Assembly (NCBI GenBank): GCA_965603825.1
Contig: CBFDEM010000011.1
Location: forward strand, 558,001-622,000
Source: Blepharisma stoltei ATCC 30299
Taxonomy: Eukaryota > Protista > Ciliophora
Direction: 5' to 3'
Length of the DNA stretch: 64,000 nt
This document shows positions 23,172 to 36,463 of the stretch, one piece after another. A program made the translations under genes and the position numbers. Every line of letters starts with the position of its first letter. Position 1 is the first letter of the stretch. The notes beneath the pieces were generated by a model that worked only from the letters and a program-made list of their open reading frames with translations, had not been told where the DNA came from and ran no database searches.

Positions 23172-26100
23172 ATGTCAAAAGATTCTAACAACATAGAGGA
23201 AAACGAGGATTCGAAACCCCTTGTTAAGTCAAAAGATATCGACTCAAAAGCTAGCGCAAAGCTTCTTTTTTCTCAAGCAGGGAAGTATGAATGAACTTTA
23301 ATTGCCATCGGCTTTATTACAATGTTGCTCTTTCGACTTTTTCCAATGTATCTATTTTATCTGTTAGGAGAAGTCGTTGAAGCCGTCTATGAGAATCCTG
23401 ACGATGATGATGAATTTTATGATCAAATGAGAGAAGCTGCTATATGGATGATTGTAGGAGGAGTTGCGTGCTTAATGGTAGGCTGGATAGCTGTCATCTG
23501 CTTCTTAATAGCAGCTAAAAGTATTTCACTGAAGTGAAGAAGTGTCTATTTTCACAGCATTATAAATAAGCCTGTCAAATGGTATGATAGAAATAATCCA
23601 TCTGAGCTCTCAAGTGCAATTGATATGGACATTGATGCAATTGAACAAGGGGTTGGGCTGAAGTTTTTCTTGCAGCTACCAATGGCTATTTCATATCCCA
23701 TGCTGTTTATATTTGCAGGAATTATTAACTTGCAGCTGACCTTGATTGCCTTAATACCAATCCCACTACAGTTTTTTGCGTTTACAGCTTACGAAAAAGT
23801 AACAATTGATTCATCTTTTAACAAACAAGAGAAATACAAGTCAGCGGGAGGGATTGCTGAGGAAAGTTTTGAAGGAGTCAAAACTATCGCTTCCTGCAAT
23901 GCGCAGAAACCAAGAACTGAACTTTATCACTCTGAGCTCAAAAACCTAAGAGACGAAACAACAAAAATTGGAGTTTACCAAGGGTTTCTATACAGCATTA
24001 CAGCAGTCATTTTCTATATGCTTACTGGCATTACATTTTATTTTGGGTCCATTTTCATAAGAGACGACAGGTATAACTGGACACTTGATGAAGAAATGGA
24101 GCGAAAAGACCTTGTGGTCTTGGCCCTCTGCTTTATGATGACATCATTGTATCAAGGGACTTTTGTAACTGTAATTACTGTTCTAAATAACGCAAAAGTG
24201 GCAGCTGCCAGAGTAGATGAAGTAGTCCAGAGCAATAAAAGATATGGAGGATATTTAAAACCTGAACCAATCAAAGGAGACATTGACTTTGAAAATGTTC
24301 ATTTTAGGTACCCAGCCAAAAAAAGTGTTCCTATCTTAAAAGGAGTTTCTTTTAAAGTCAGAGAAAAAGAGTCATTAGCCATTGTAGGGCAGACTGGGTC
24401 AGGCAAAAGTACAATAATTCAGCTTATTGAAGGGTTTTATTATTGCGAAAAAGGTACAATATTAATTGATGGGGTTGATATCAAAAAGTACGATATTTCA
24501 GCTTTAAGAGGCTTTGTAGGTTTGGTGAGTCAGGAGCCAATTTTATTTAATACGACGATAAAGGAAAACATCAGAATTGGCAGAATGGACGCCAATGATG
24601 AAGAAATAGAGCAAGCGGCAAGAGAAGCTGAAGCAGCGTTTATTGAAGACCTTGAGGATAAATTCGACACATATGTAGGGATCAAAGGATCTTTACTTTC
24701 TGGAGGCCAAAAGCAAAGGGTTGCTATTGCAAGAGCTTTGCTTAAGAACCCAAGCATTTTACTACTAGATGAAGCCACAAGCGCACTAGACGTAAAAACT
24801 GAGAAAAAAATCCAAGTCACTCTTGACAAGGTGTCTCAGAACAGAACAACTATTATAGTCGCCCAAAGGCTAAGCTCAGTCAAAAACGCCAATAAAATTA
24901 TAGTGATTTCTGAAGGTGTGATTGCTGAAGAAGGAAACCACGAGTCTTTGATCAAGCTAAACGGCCGATATGCCAGATATTGCGAAATCCAGACTAAAAC
25001 TGAAGAAGTCCTAGAAGAAGAAATCCCTGAAGAAAAAGCCAAATCAGAAAAAGACCAAGACATGATGAGCTACCAGACCTCAATCTCTAAAAGAGTCAAA
25101 GCTGACAAGTCCAAGTACATGAAAGGGATTCAAGTCCAGCTTCTTAAACAGTGGGACTGGATGCTCGTAGCTGCCATTTGTGTTATTATTGTTGGACTTT
25201 GCTATACTTGCATGGGATATGTGTTTGCCGACGATATTGTGACTACTTCAGAAGATGAGGGCGATGAATATCAAGATAATACCTGGGACAATTTGTGGTG
25301 GTCTGTTATCATATCTGCAGCTGGTTTTGTGACGATTGTTATTGCATTTAGTGCTCTGGGTAGGACTGCTGCGTTATTTACAGACGATATCAGAATGAGA
25401 GGGATGAACGCAATTCTCTATTATGACCAAAAATTCTTTGACAAGCCAATCAATAACCCTGCATTGCTGTCTTATACCTTTTCGAAAGACTGTGATAAAA
25501 TTTCCTCAATTGGAGGCACAGTATTAATTTTCCAGCTACTTACTATTTCAAGTATTGTGTCAGCTGTTATATGGACTCTCTGCATAGACTGATTCTATGC
25601 TTTAATAGTGATATTCTTTTTTGGTATAATGACAGTGGTGCATTTAGGCGGTGATGTTTTTAGGCAGAATGATAAAATGACTCCAGCTCAAACGACCCAG
25701 ATTGCTTTTGACTGTTTGACAAACATAAAAACAGTGAATTCTTTAAATAAGCAAGACTATTTCCACGTGAGGTATGTGAATTCTTGTAAAGAGGCCAATA
25801 AAGGGATTGTGGTTTCTTATATTCCTGATGCCTTTAGATTTTCATTTAAAATAGCTGTTATATTTTTAGTATGGGGATTTTCCTTTTGGACTGGTGCAGC
25901 ACTCGTAAAAGAGAATCACTTAAGCAGAAACAACTTATGCTATGTTTTCTTTACCATTTTACTTGCAACTTACAGTGCAGTTGTGCTTTCATATTTGCCT
26001 CAGGATACAGATGAAGGGATTAAAAGTGCTATAAAAATGAATGATATTATTGAGTATGAGCCTGAAGTAAATGGAGACTCAAAAGATGGAATTACAGACC

Positions 26101-26825
26101 CGATTTCTGGAAAAGTGGCCTATGAAAAAGTCAGCTTTAAATATGAAGGCAGGCTTAATCCAGTTCTCAAAAACGTCAGCTTTGAAGTCCTTGCAGGCAA
26201 AACACTGGGTATAACTGGTTCAACAGGTTCGGGAAAATCCACCATTGCGCAACTTTTGTTGAGATTTTACAACCCAACGTCAGGTCTTATTAGAATTGAC
26301 GGCGTTTTAATCCAAAATTACAACATTATGCATCTCAGGGAATTCGTTTGTTGGGTTGGCCAAGAGCCTATTTTATTCAGAGGCACCATGATGTATAATC
26401 TAAGACTCGCAAACCAGCTGGCTACTGAAGAAGAAGCCAGAGAAGCTTTAATTAAAGCTCAAGCAGGCGATATCTTGGAAAAATACGGTCTAGATAGTGA
26501 TGTAGGGCTAAGAGGAAGCAAGCTTAGTGGAGGACAAAAACAAAGAGTTGCTATCGCAAGAGCTCTTGTTAGGAAACCAAAAATTTTGGTTTTAGATGAA
26601 GCTACCAGTGCCTTAGACACTGTTGTAGAGTCAAAACTGCAAGAAGTGCTGAAACAAGAAAAGTTTACAGTCATTTCTATTGCACACAGACTTAGGACTA
26701 TTAAGGACTGCGACGAAATCATTGTCCTTGAAAAAGGAATTTTAGTGGAAAAAGGAACTCATGAGGAACTGTCAAAGAATACGAGTGGCTATTATTATCA
26801 ACTTTGCCAGCTATCGACAGCTTAA
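23172..26825 (+). CDS. ABCB/P-glycoprotein-type exporter, copy 2, 1217 aa
   Basis: Four track ORFs in one frame joined by TGA at 23292, 23535 and 25590; same motifs as copy 1. Confidence 0.93.
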
Positions 26826-28689
26826 TTAGATAACATAATTTAATTAATTTTATCCGCCCCATTGAATAATGAACAATTCGCTATTTACACCATCAAATTT
26901 TTTACTATGAAAATTAAAAATTAATTGAGCTTAAATTATATCAATAGTTTTACTTTACTCATTCTATTTCAATTTAAATTTTTAGAAAAATTTTGAAATG
27001 CTAAGGAAAAAAAAGTATTTTGCGTCAATTATTAAACCAATTAAGATTTTTAAATAAAATAAACTTGAATAACTCCTTAAAACATTTCTTCGTCTTAAAA
27101 GAGAGAGTAATAGACCTAATTTATATCTAAATCGTAAAAGATTCATATATTCTTAAGAGTTTATAATGCTTATTCAATTATGAATACATTGCGAAAATAA
27201 CTCAAAGTCAAAAAATGAACTAACTGGCATAATTAAATATATAAAAAATAAAACTCGAAAATGATAAAAAGCATATAAATTGAGTAAATAGAAAAATTTA
27301 CAATGAAGTAAAAGATTAATAATCAATAAATTCTAAGCTTTGATAAATAGCTAAATATATCAGAGCTGCTTGTATCCATTCGATCTTTTTTAAGCTAGCA
27401 ATAGTTCTACGTTAATGTTGGATTGCGACCACGCCAGACAGTCAAATCAAGTTAAATCTTGCTGTATAAATATGCCGTCCCGCCCTTTCTTTTTTAAGAA
27501 ATCTGTTTATGAGACAAAAGCTAACAAAATTCAATGTATAACTTTCCAAGCAAATCCCAGATAGCTATTGATAAAGTTTGAGAATGATGCAACTTTTGGA
27601 GACACCATTAGCGCTTTTAAACTGCTGGTGCAGGATGATAGGGACCAGTTACATCTAGCTATATTAAATTAAACATAAATTAAATATTTAAAACTTTCAT
27701 GCTAAATGGCCGGATTATTTTTTTAAAAATTTTCTATTAGCTTAATGGTAATTTTTTAAGAAAAATATAGGCACTTTATAAACATACAAGGTGACCCAGT
27801 GCAATCAGATAGGTGGATTCGAATAGATGGATGCTTGCATATAACCATCATCAACTTAGAAAGGATTTCAAAAAAATTCTATATTTATGCATTTTGAAGT
27901 AAAGACTCAAATAATGCTACTTTTCTCGGTTGCTATCATTTGTCTGCTAAGAAATGAACTTTTTATAAAGCTACCCAACAATTTTATCGCATGCCCACTT
28001 AAATTTTTATGAATTTTTAGTAATCCTCTCTTAATATTTTTAATAAGGCAATGCAATGCTTACCAGTTTAATGCTAGCTTAAGAGCTGCCCAGAAATATA
28101 TAAAAGTATTTTTACAAAATAAAAATTTAAAAACCATCCTCAATATACTTAATAAATCATGGCAAGGAAATTTATTAAAAGTGAAAGATAATGAGCGTAA
28201 AGAGAAAATCGATTTTTGAATTTAGCTTATTGGCAATAATCAATTATTTTATGCATTTGATTTCTATATAATCGTGGATTTGGTGTATAACAAATTGAAT
28301 GAAATTGATATTCATTGTAAGACCTGAGATGAGTATTTGAGAAATATTAAAACTAATTAATTTATCTTTATAAATTAATAAACAATAACTAAAATAAATT
28401 GATTTAGGCGAATTTAGTTAATAATAAAAATTTTGGTAGTGTATTTTGTATGTTTGAGATTTTTTCTCGATTTTAATAAAATACTCACCAATTTTTTACA
28501 CGAGAAATTGATTATTGGAGGAAGATATAATTGCTAATCATTATCCTTTTCAGACTTTACAACCCTATTGAAAATATTAAATATCTCCACGCACGGCATT
28601 TATCGAAAAGACATTTTGAGATTAGTAATCTATTGAGTTTAAATGATTAATTACCATTTATATGCGTTATCGCTGCAAAATTATAAAAA

Positions 28690-31600
28690 ATGTCTAAAAG
28701 TCATAACAATACAGAAGAAGGCGAGGATTCTAAACCACTCGTAAAACCAGACGATATTACCTCAAAAGCTAGCTTAAAGCTTCTTTTTTCACATGCAAGT
28801 AAATGGGAGCTCACCTTGCTTGCCATTGGTTCCTCAATGGTGTTGATTTTTAGACTTTTTGTGATATTTTTGTTTTATCAAATGGGAGAAGTTGTCGAAG
28901 CCGTCTATGATAACCCAGACGACGATGACGAACTTTATGAACAAATGAGAGATGCTGCTATATGGATGCTTATAGGAGGAGTTGTTAGTTTATTGATAGG
29001 CTGGATTGCTGTTATTCTAATCTTAATAGCAGCTAAAGGAATCTCACTGAAGTGGAGAAGTGTCTATTTTCACAGTATTATAAATAAGCCTGCCAAATGG
29101 TATGATAGAAATAATCCATCTGAACTTTCAAGCTCAATTGATATGGATATTGATGCAATTGAGCAAGGGGTTGGGCTGAAGTTTTTCTTGCAGTTACCAA
29201 TGGCTATTTCATATTTAGGGCTTTTTATAGGTGCAGCGATTATTAACTTGCAGCTGACTCTAGTTGCCCTAATACCAATCCCACTGCAGTTTTTAGGTTT
29301 CGTAGTTTACGAGAAAGTAACAATTGATTCAACCTTTAATAAACAAGAGAAATATAAGTCAGCAGGAGGGATTGCAGAGGAAAGCTTTGAAGGGGTCAAA
29401 ACTATTGCCTCCTGCAATGCGCAGAAGCCAAGAACTGAACTTTATCACTCAGAGCTCGAAACTCTAAAAGAGGAAACCACAAAAACTGGAATTTACCAAG
29501 GATTTCTATATGCCCTAACAGCCGCAATTTTCTTTATTATGGGTGGCACTATCTTTTATTTTGGGTCCATTTTCATAAGAGACGACAGGTATAATTGGAC
29601 ACTTGACGAACAAATGGAGCGCAAAGACGTCGTGGTCGTGTCCCTCTGTTTTATGATGACAGCCTTTTATCAAGGAACTTTTGTAACTGTGATCAATGTA
29701 CTTAGTAATGCAAAAGTGGCAGCTGCCAGAGTAGATGAAGTAGTACAGAGCAATAAAAGATATGGTGGATATTTAAAGCCTGAATCAATCAAAGGAGATA
29801 TTGACTTTGAAAATGTTCATTTCAGATACCCAACTAAAAAAGATGTCCCTATCTTAAAAGGAGTTTCTTTTAAAGTCAGAGAAAAAGAGTCGTTAGCTAT
29901 TGTAGGGGAGACTGGGTCAGGCAAGAGTACAATAATTCAGCTTATTGAAGGGTTTTATTATTGCGAAAAAGGGACAGTATTGATTGATGGGGTTGATATC
30001 AAAAAATATGATATTTCAGCTTTAAGAGAGTTTGTAGGTTTAGTTAGCCAGGAGCCGATTTTATTTAATACGACGATAAAGGAAAACATCAGAATTGGCA
30101 GAATGGACGCGACTGATGAAGAAATTGAGAATGCGGCAAGAGAAGCTGAAGCAGCATTTATTGAAGACCTTGAGAATAAATTCGACACATATGTAGGAAT
30201 CAAAGGTTCTTTACTGTCTGGAGGCCAAAAGCAAAGAGTTGCTATTGCAAGAGCTTTGCTTAAGAACCCAAGCATTTTGCTACTAGATGAAGCCACAAGC
30301 GCATTAGACGTAAAAACCGAGAAAAAAATCCAAGTGACCCTTGACAAAGTCTCTCAAAACAGAACAACCATCATTGTCGCCCAAAGGCTAAGCTCAGTCA
30401 AAAACGCCAATAAAATCATAGTGATTTCTGAAGGAGTGATTGCTGAAGAAGGAAACCACGAGTCCTTAATCAAGCTAAACGGCCGATATGCCAGATATTG
30501 CGAAATTCAAACTAAAACTGAAGAAGTCCTAGAAGAAGAAATCCCTGAAGAAAAAGCCAAATCAGAAAAAGACCAAGACGTGATGAGCTACCAGACCTCA
30601 ATCTCGCAAAGAGTTAAAGCTGACAAGTCCAAGTACATGAAAGGGATTCAAGTCCAGCTTCTTAAGCAATGGGACTGAATGCTTGTAGCTGCTATTGGCG
30701 TTATTATAGCTGGACTTTGCTATCCTTGCATGGGATATTTCTATGGAGATGATGTTATAGTTACTGCAGAAGATGAGGGGGATGAATATCAAGATAATAC
30801 CTGGGAAAATATGTGGGGGACTATAGTCCTAGCTGTAATAGTTTTTGTGACTATTGTTATTTCTTTTAGTGCACTAGGTAGGACTGCTGCATTATTTACA
30901 GACGATATCAGAATGAGAGGGATGAACGCTATTCTCTATTATGACCAAAAATTCTTTGACAAGCCAATCAATAACCCTGCATTGCTGTCTTATACCTTTT
31001 CGAAAGACTGCGATAAAATTTCCTCAATTGGTGGCGCAGTCTTGATTTTCCAGCTGCTTACCATTTCAAGCCTTATATTAGCCATTGTATGGGTCATCTG
31101 CATAGACTGGGAATATGGTTTAATATCGGTAGGCCTTTTCTCAGCAATGGTTGTGGTGAATATGGGCGGTGACGTTTTTAGGCAGAATGATAAAATGACT
31201 CCAGCTCAAACAACTCACATTGCTTTTGACTGTTTAACAAACATAAAAACTGTGAGTTCCTTAAATAAACAAGACTATTTCCACGTCAGATACGTGAATT
31301 CTTGCAGAGATGCCAATAAAGAGATTGTGGCTTCTTATATTCCTGATGCTTTTAGATTTGCGTTTAAAATATCTGTGATATTTTTAGTTTGGGGATTTGC
31401 CTTTTGGATTGGTGGGGCAAGAGTTAAAGAAAATCATTTAAGTAGGGACAACTTGGTTCATATTTTCTTTATTACGTTGCTTTCTACTTATAGTGCTGTT
31501 GTGCTTTCGTATTTACCTCAAGATACAGATGCAGCGATTAAAAGTGCTATTAAAATGAGCGATATTATTGAGTATGAGCCAGAAGTCAATGGAGACTCAA

Positions 31601-32343
31601 GAGATGGAATTACAGACCCGATTTCTGGAAAGGTGACCTATGAAAAAGTCAGCTTTAAGTATGAGGGCAGGCTTAATCCCGTCCTCAAAAACGTCAGCTT
31701 TGAAGTCCTTGCAGGCAAAACACTTGGTATAACTGGCTCAACAGGCTCAGGAAAATCCACCATTGCGCAACTTTTGTTGAGATTTTACAACCCAACGTCA
31801 GGCAATATCAGAATTGACGACATCTCAATCCAAGATTACAATATTAGACATCTAAGGGAATATGTCTGTTGGGTTGGCCAAGAGCCTATTTTATTTAGAG
31901 GAACCATGATGTATAATCTAAGACTTGCCAATCAACTAGCTACTGAAGAAGAAGCTAGAGAATCTTTAATTAAAGCTCAAGCAGGCGATATCTTAGAAAA
32001 ATATGGTCTAGACAGTGATGTAGGCCTAAGAGGAAGTAAGCTGAGTGGGGGACAAAAACAAAGAGTTGCTATTGCTAGAGCTCTTATTAGGAAGCCAAAA
32101 ATTTTGGTTTTAGACGAAGCTACCAGTGCCTTAGACACTGTTGTAGAGTCAAAACTGCAAGAAGTGCTGAAACAAGAAAAGTTTACAGTCATTTCTATTG
32201 CACACAGACTTAGGACTATTAAAGACTGCGACGAAATCATTGTGATTGAAAAAGGAATTTTAGTAGAAAAAGGGACTCATGAGGAGTTGTCAAAGAATAC
32301 AAGTGGCTACTACTATCAGCTATGTCAATTATCGACAGCTTAA
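28690..32343 (+). CDS. ABCB/P-glycoprotein-type exporter, copy 3, 1217 aa
   Basis: Two ORFs abut at TGA 30676-30678, where copies 1 and 2 have TGG. Confidence 0.93.
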
Positions 32344-33063
32344 TTAGATAACATAATGAATATTTTTCAATTATTTTGATTAGCACTGTCATATTAGTGC
32401 TAGTAAGCTTGATTAATTGTATTAGTTTCTGAGTAAACACACTTATTATAGGTGATTAGTATGTGTGTTGACTATTTTAGAAAATAATATATAAAGAATT
32501 TAAATTGCTTTTGTTAATATCAAAAATTAGATATCGATTTAATTAGACAATGTTTATAAATTATGATTATCTTCCTTTTTTTAAGAGAATTGGTTACTAA
32601 AATTATAAAATTTTGAAGAGGTAGAAAAATTTATTATAGCTAGATTTACTTAATTTTTTTCTGTCGCATTTATAATAAATATTCAGCTGCCATTAGATCC
32701 GTACTTTTTGATAAGAAGACATTTATTGTAAGGAAATTTTCCATAATTTTTTCTGCCAGATATTTGACCGAAAATAATTATTAATTTTTAAAATCTCACA
32801 AAACAAAAAAACATATCTTCCAAGTGACTCTCGCATAAGCTAAAAATACACATCAAAAAACATCCACCATAATATTTCTTATTAAAAATCCCCACTTATA
32901 AAATTAAATAATTTAATATATATTATTAGATTCAATTATCATTTCCAAGAAGCAGATTCACTTTTTTCAACTTTTTATGATATATTAAACAAAAAAATGT
33001 TTCAATTAATTTTTTATTCAAAAGAATTGTTGAGAATGACTAAAAATTACGAATAATTATAGT

Positions 33064-34416
<1,353 letters not shown>

Positions 34417-35701
34417 TCATGGAATTAAATCTTTGATTTAAATGCTATTTTGTGGAGTATAGTAAAGATTGGAAAATTATCTCAAAAGTCGAATCCTCAG
34501 CACAAAATAGCAATCTTAGAAATTTTTATAAAAAAAAGGGATGCCTATAATTTAAATTTATTATGAATAAAAATGAAGCAATAATTAATTTTTAAGTTGG
34601 AATGATAATATATTTTTATTTTTTATTGTATTTTATTTATAGCTAAATTTCATAAGATTAATTTTCAATAATATAATTTATAAGAATTTTAATTATTTAA
34701 ATAAAATTTTCATAGTTTTTATGATTAGATGATAAGAAGTTCTTATCAAAATAACTGAATTTTTATTATAATATAGGTTAAGCTTTGATATTATTTATTC
34801 TAGCAAAAACAAAATAGAAATAAATATAGTGATTGAATTTATCTTAGGGCAGACAAACTGGTGTTTTTGAAGTATGGTAAATGAGCAGACATATTCTTCA
34901 CAATGGAGACAAAACAATAGCTGCTCCACAACTAAAGATGCTAAATTTATAGGCAAAGGCACATCTCAAACCCCTTTTTTATTAGAGGGTCAAGAATCTG
35001 CCAAGTTTGGCAACTTCTTAATCGGCCCAACAAATTCTAAATTTCCCAGAGGCTAGAAAAGGGTCAAAATCATCAGTCTCTCATTAATTATCAAACGCTC
35101 TTCTTAAAGTCAGTTGTTTCAAATTCCTTAGCATTCTATTGAGATCTAATTAAGTTAGGTGCTTCACAGTTTTTTTAATATTTTCAAAGTCACCATTAAA
35201 TATTCGATTTTTCTAAAGGAACTGCTTTTAAGCCTGCGCTGTATATATTTAAGCTTTAAGCTTAAGAACTAATATGATTGCTTGATAATTATTGCCAAGA
35301 TATTAGGAGTATGAGAAGTCGATTCCTTTTAAACTTTGGAAAACTCTTATATGGGATCGCTGATATTTGCCAAGCGTAACTTAACTTTGACATTTACTTT
35401 TGATGTATATATAGTGAATACTTGTCAGGGGGTTGAAACAAATATGCTGGCTTGACTTAAGAACTCTAAATCTTTATTATTAGAGAAATGCAACTTTGCA
35501 ATGTCCGATTTTCGTGATAAATCGATATTTGATAACAAATTATAACGTTCATGATAGCTCATTTTTAATATTAGCAATCTTTATTCTATAAATAGAGATT
35601 TTATAATTTTTATACAATATCTCTATTATGATAATTTTAATTTTGATAAATTCTATCATCTAGATATCTAGAAACAGAAATAAAATTTATTTCATCTAGA
35701 T

Positions 35702-36460
35702 ATGGGAAGCACATCAAGCAAAAAAAATAAGCAAAAAGAGCCAATTACTGTAAACACTCCAGGATTCCAGCCAGCTACTCTTCCTCCACCCCCTCCCATG
35801 CCAGTTCCTAGCGCTCCTCCTCTCTATCCCGAATTATCACCAGTCCCAAGTGCTCCAAGTTTCCAACCCCCGCCATCTAACTCTCCTCCCAAGAAACCAG
35901 TCCCTCCTAGAGCTCACCAATCCCCTCCCCAAGGCAAAAAAGAAGAAGACGCTCCTGACATTCTTTTTGACGCCGAAGAGCCTGAGGAGCGAAACCCAGA
36001 ACCCCAAGACCTTTCCTCTGTCCCTGAATTCTACTCTCAAACCTGCACACTCCAAGGCAAATGGATTTATCACATGGAGTCTTCTGAAATTGAGTTCCCA
36101 GAGGCTACCTCTGATGAAATTGAGCGGGATTTTATTTCTGGGAACATCCGAAGTAAGTTTAACTTCTCAGGCAGCCAGGCCGAAATTTTATTTAGAGAAA
36201 CCTTAATGACTGTAACTGACCCCAGCGGCGAAAAAATGATTTACCCTATAAGCAGAACGGCAGTTGTCAAAGAAAAATATTGGTGGTATGCCAATGATCA
36301 GACCGCAAGGCCAATTATTAAAGAAATTGAAGACATTTTGAGCTTCACTGAAGGAATTTTTTCGTTTACTCTAGACGGGGTAGGCTACCAGATAAATCTG
36401 CATAAGAAGTGTATGGTGGAAATGAGGACTGGGTTAATAAGAAATTTAATTATAGGATAA
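35702..36460 (+). CDS. Putative N-myristoylated proline-rich protein with two C-terminal WWE-like domains, 252 aa
   Basis: MGSTSSKK start; Pro-rich region with PSAP twice and LYPEL; C-terminal KWIY...SDEIERDF...ILFRETLM...ISR and YWWY...YQINLHKKCMVEMRTGLIRNL resemble WWE repeats (recognised by eye). Confidence 0.7.
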   Translation: MGSTSSKKNKQKEPITVNTPGFQPATLPPPPPMPVPSAPPLYPELSPVPSAPSFQPPPSNSPPKKPVPPRAHQSPPQGKKEEDAPDILFDAEEPEERNPEPQDLSSVPEFYSQTCTLQGKWIYHMESSEIEFPEATSDEIERDFISGNIRSKFNFSGSQAEILFRETLMTVTDPSGEKMIYPISRTAVVKEKYWWYANDQTARPIIKEIEDILSFTEGIFSFTLDGVGYQINLHKKCMVEMRTGLIRNLIIG

Positions 36461-36463
36461 AAT

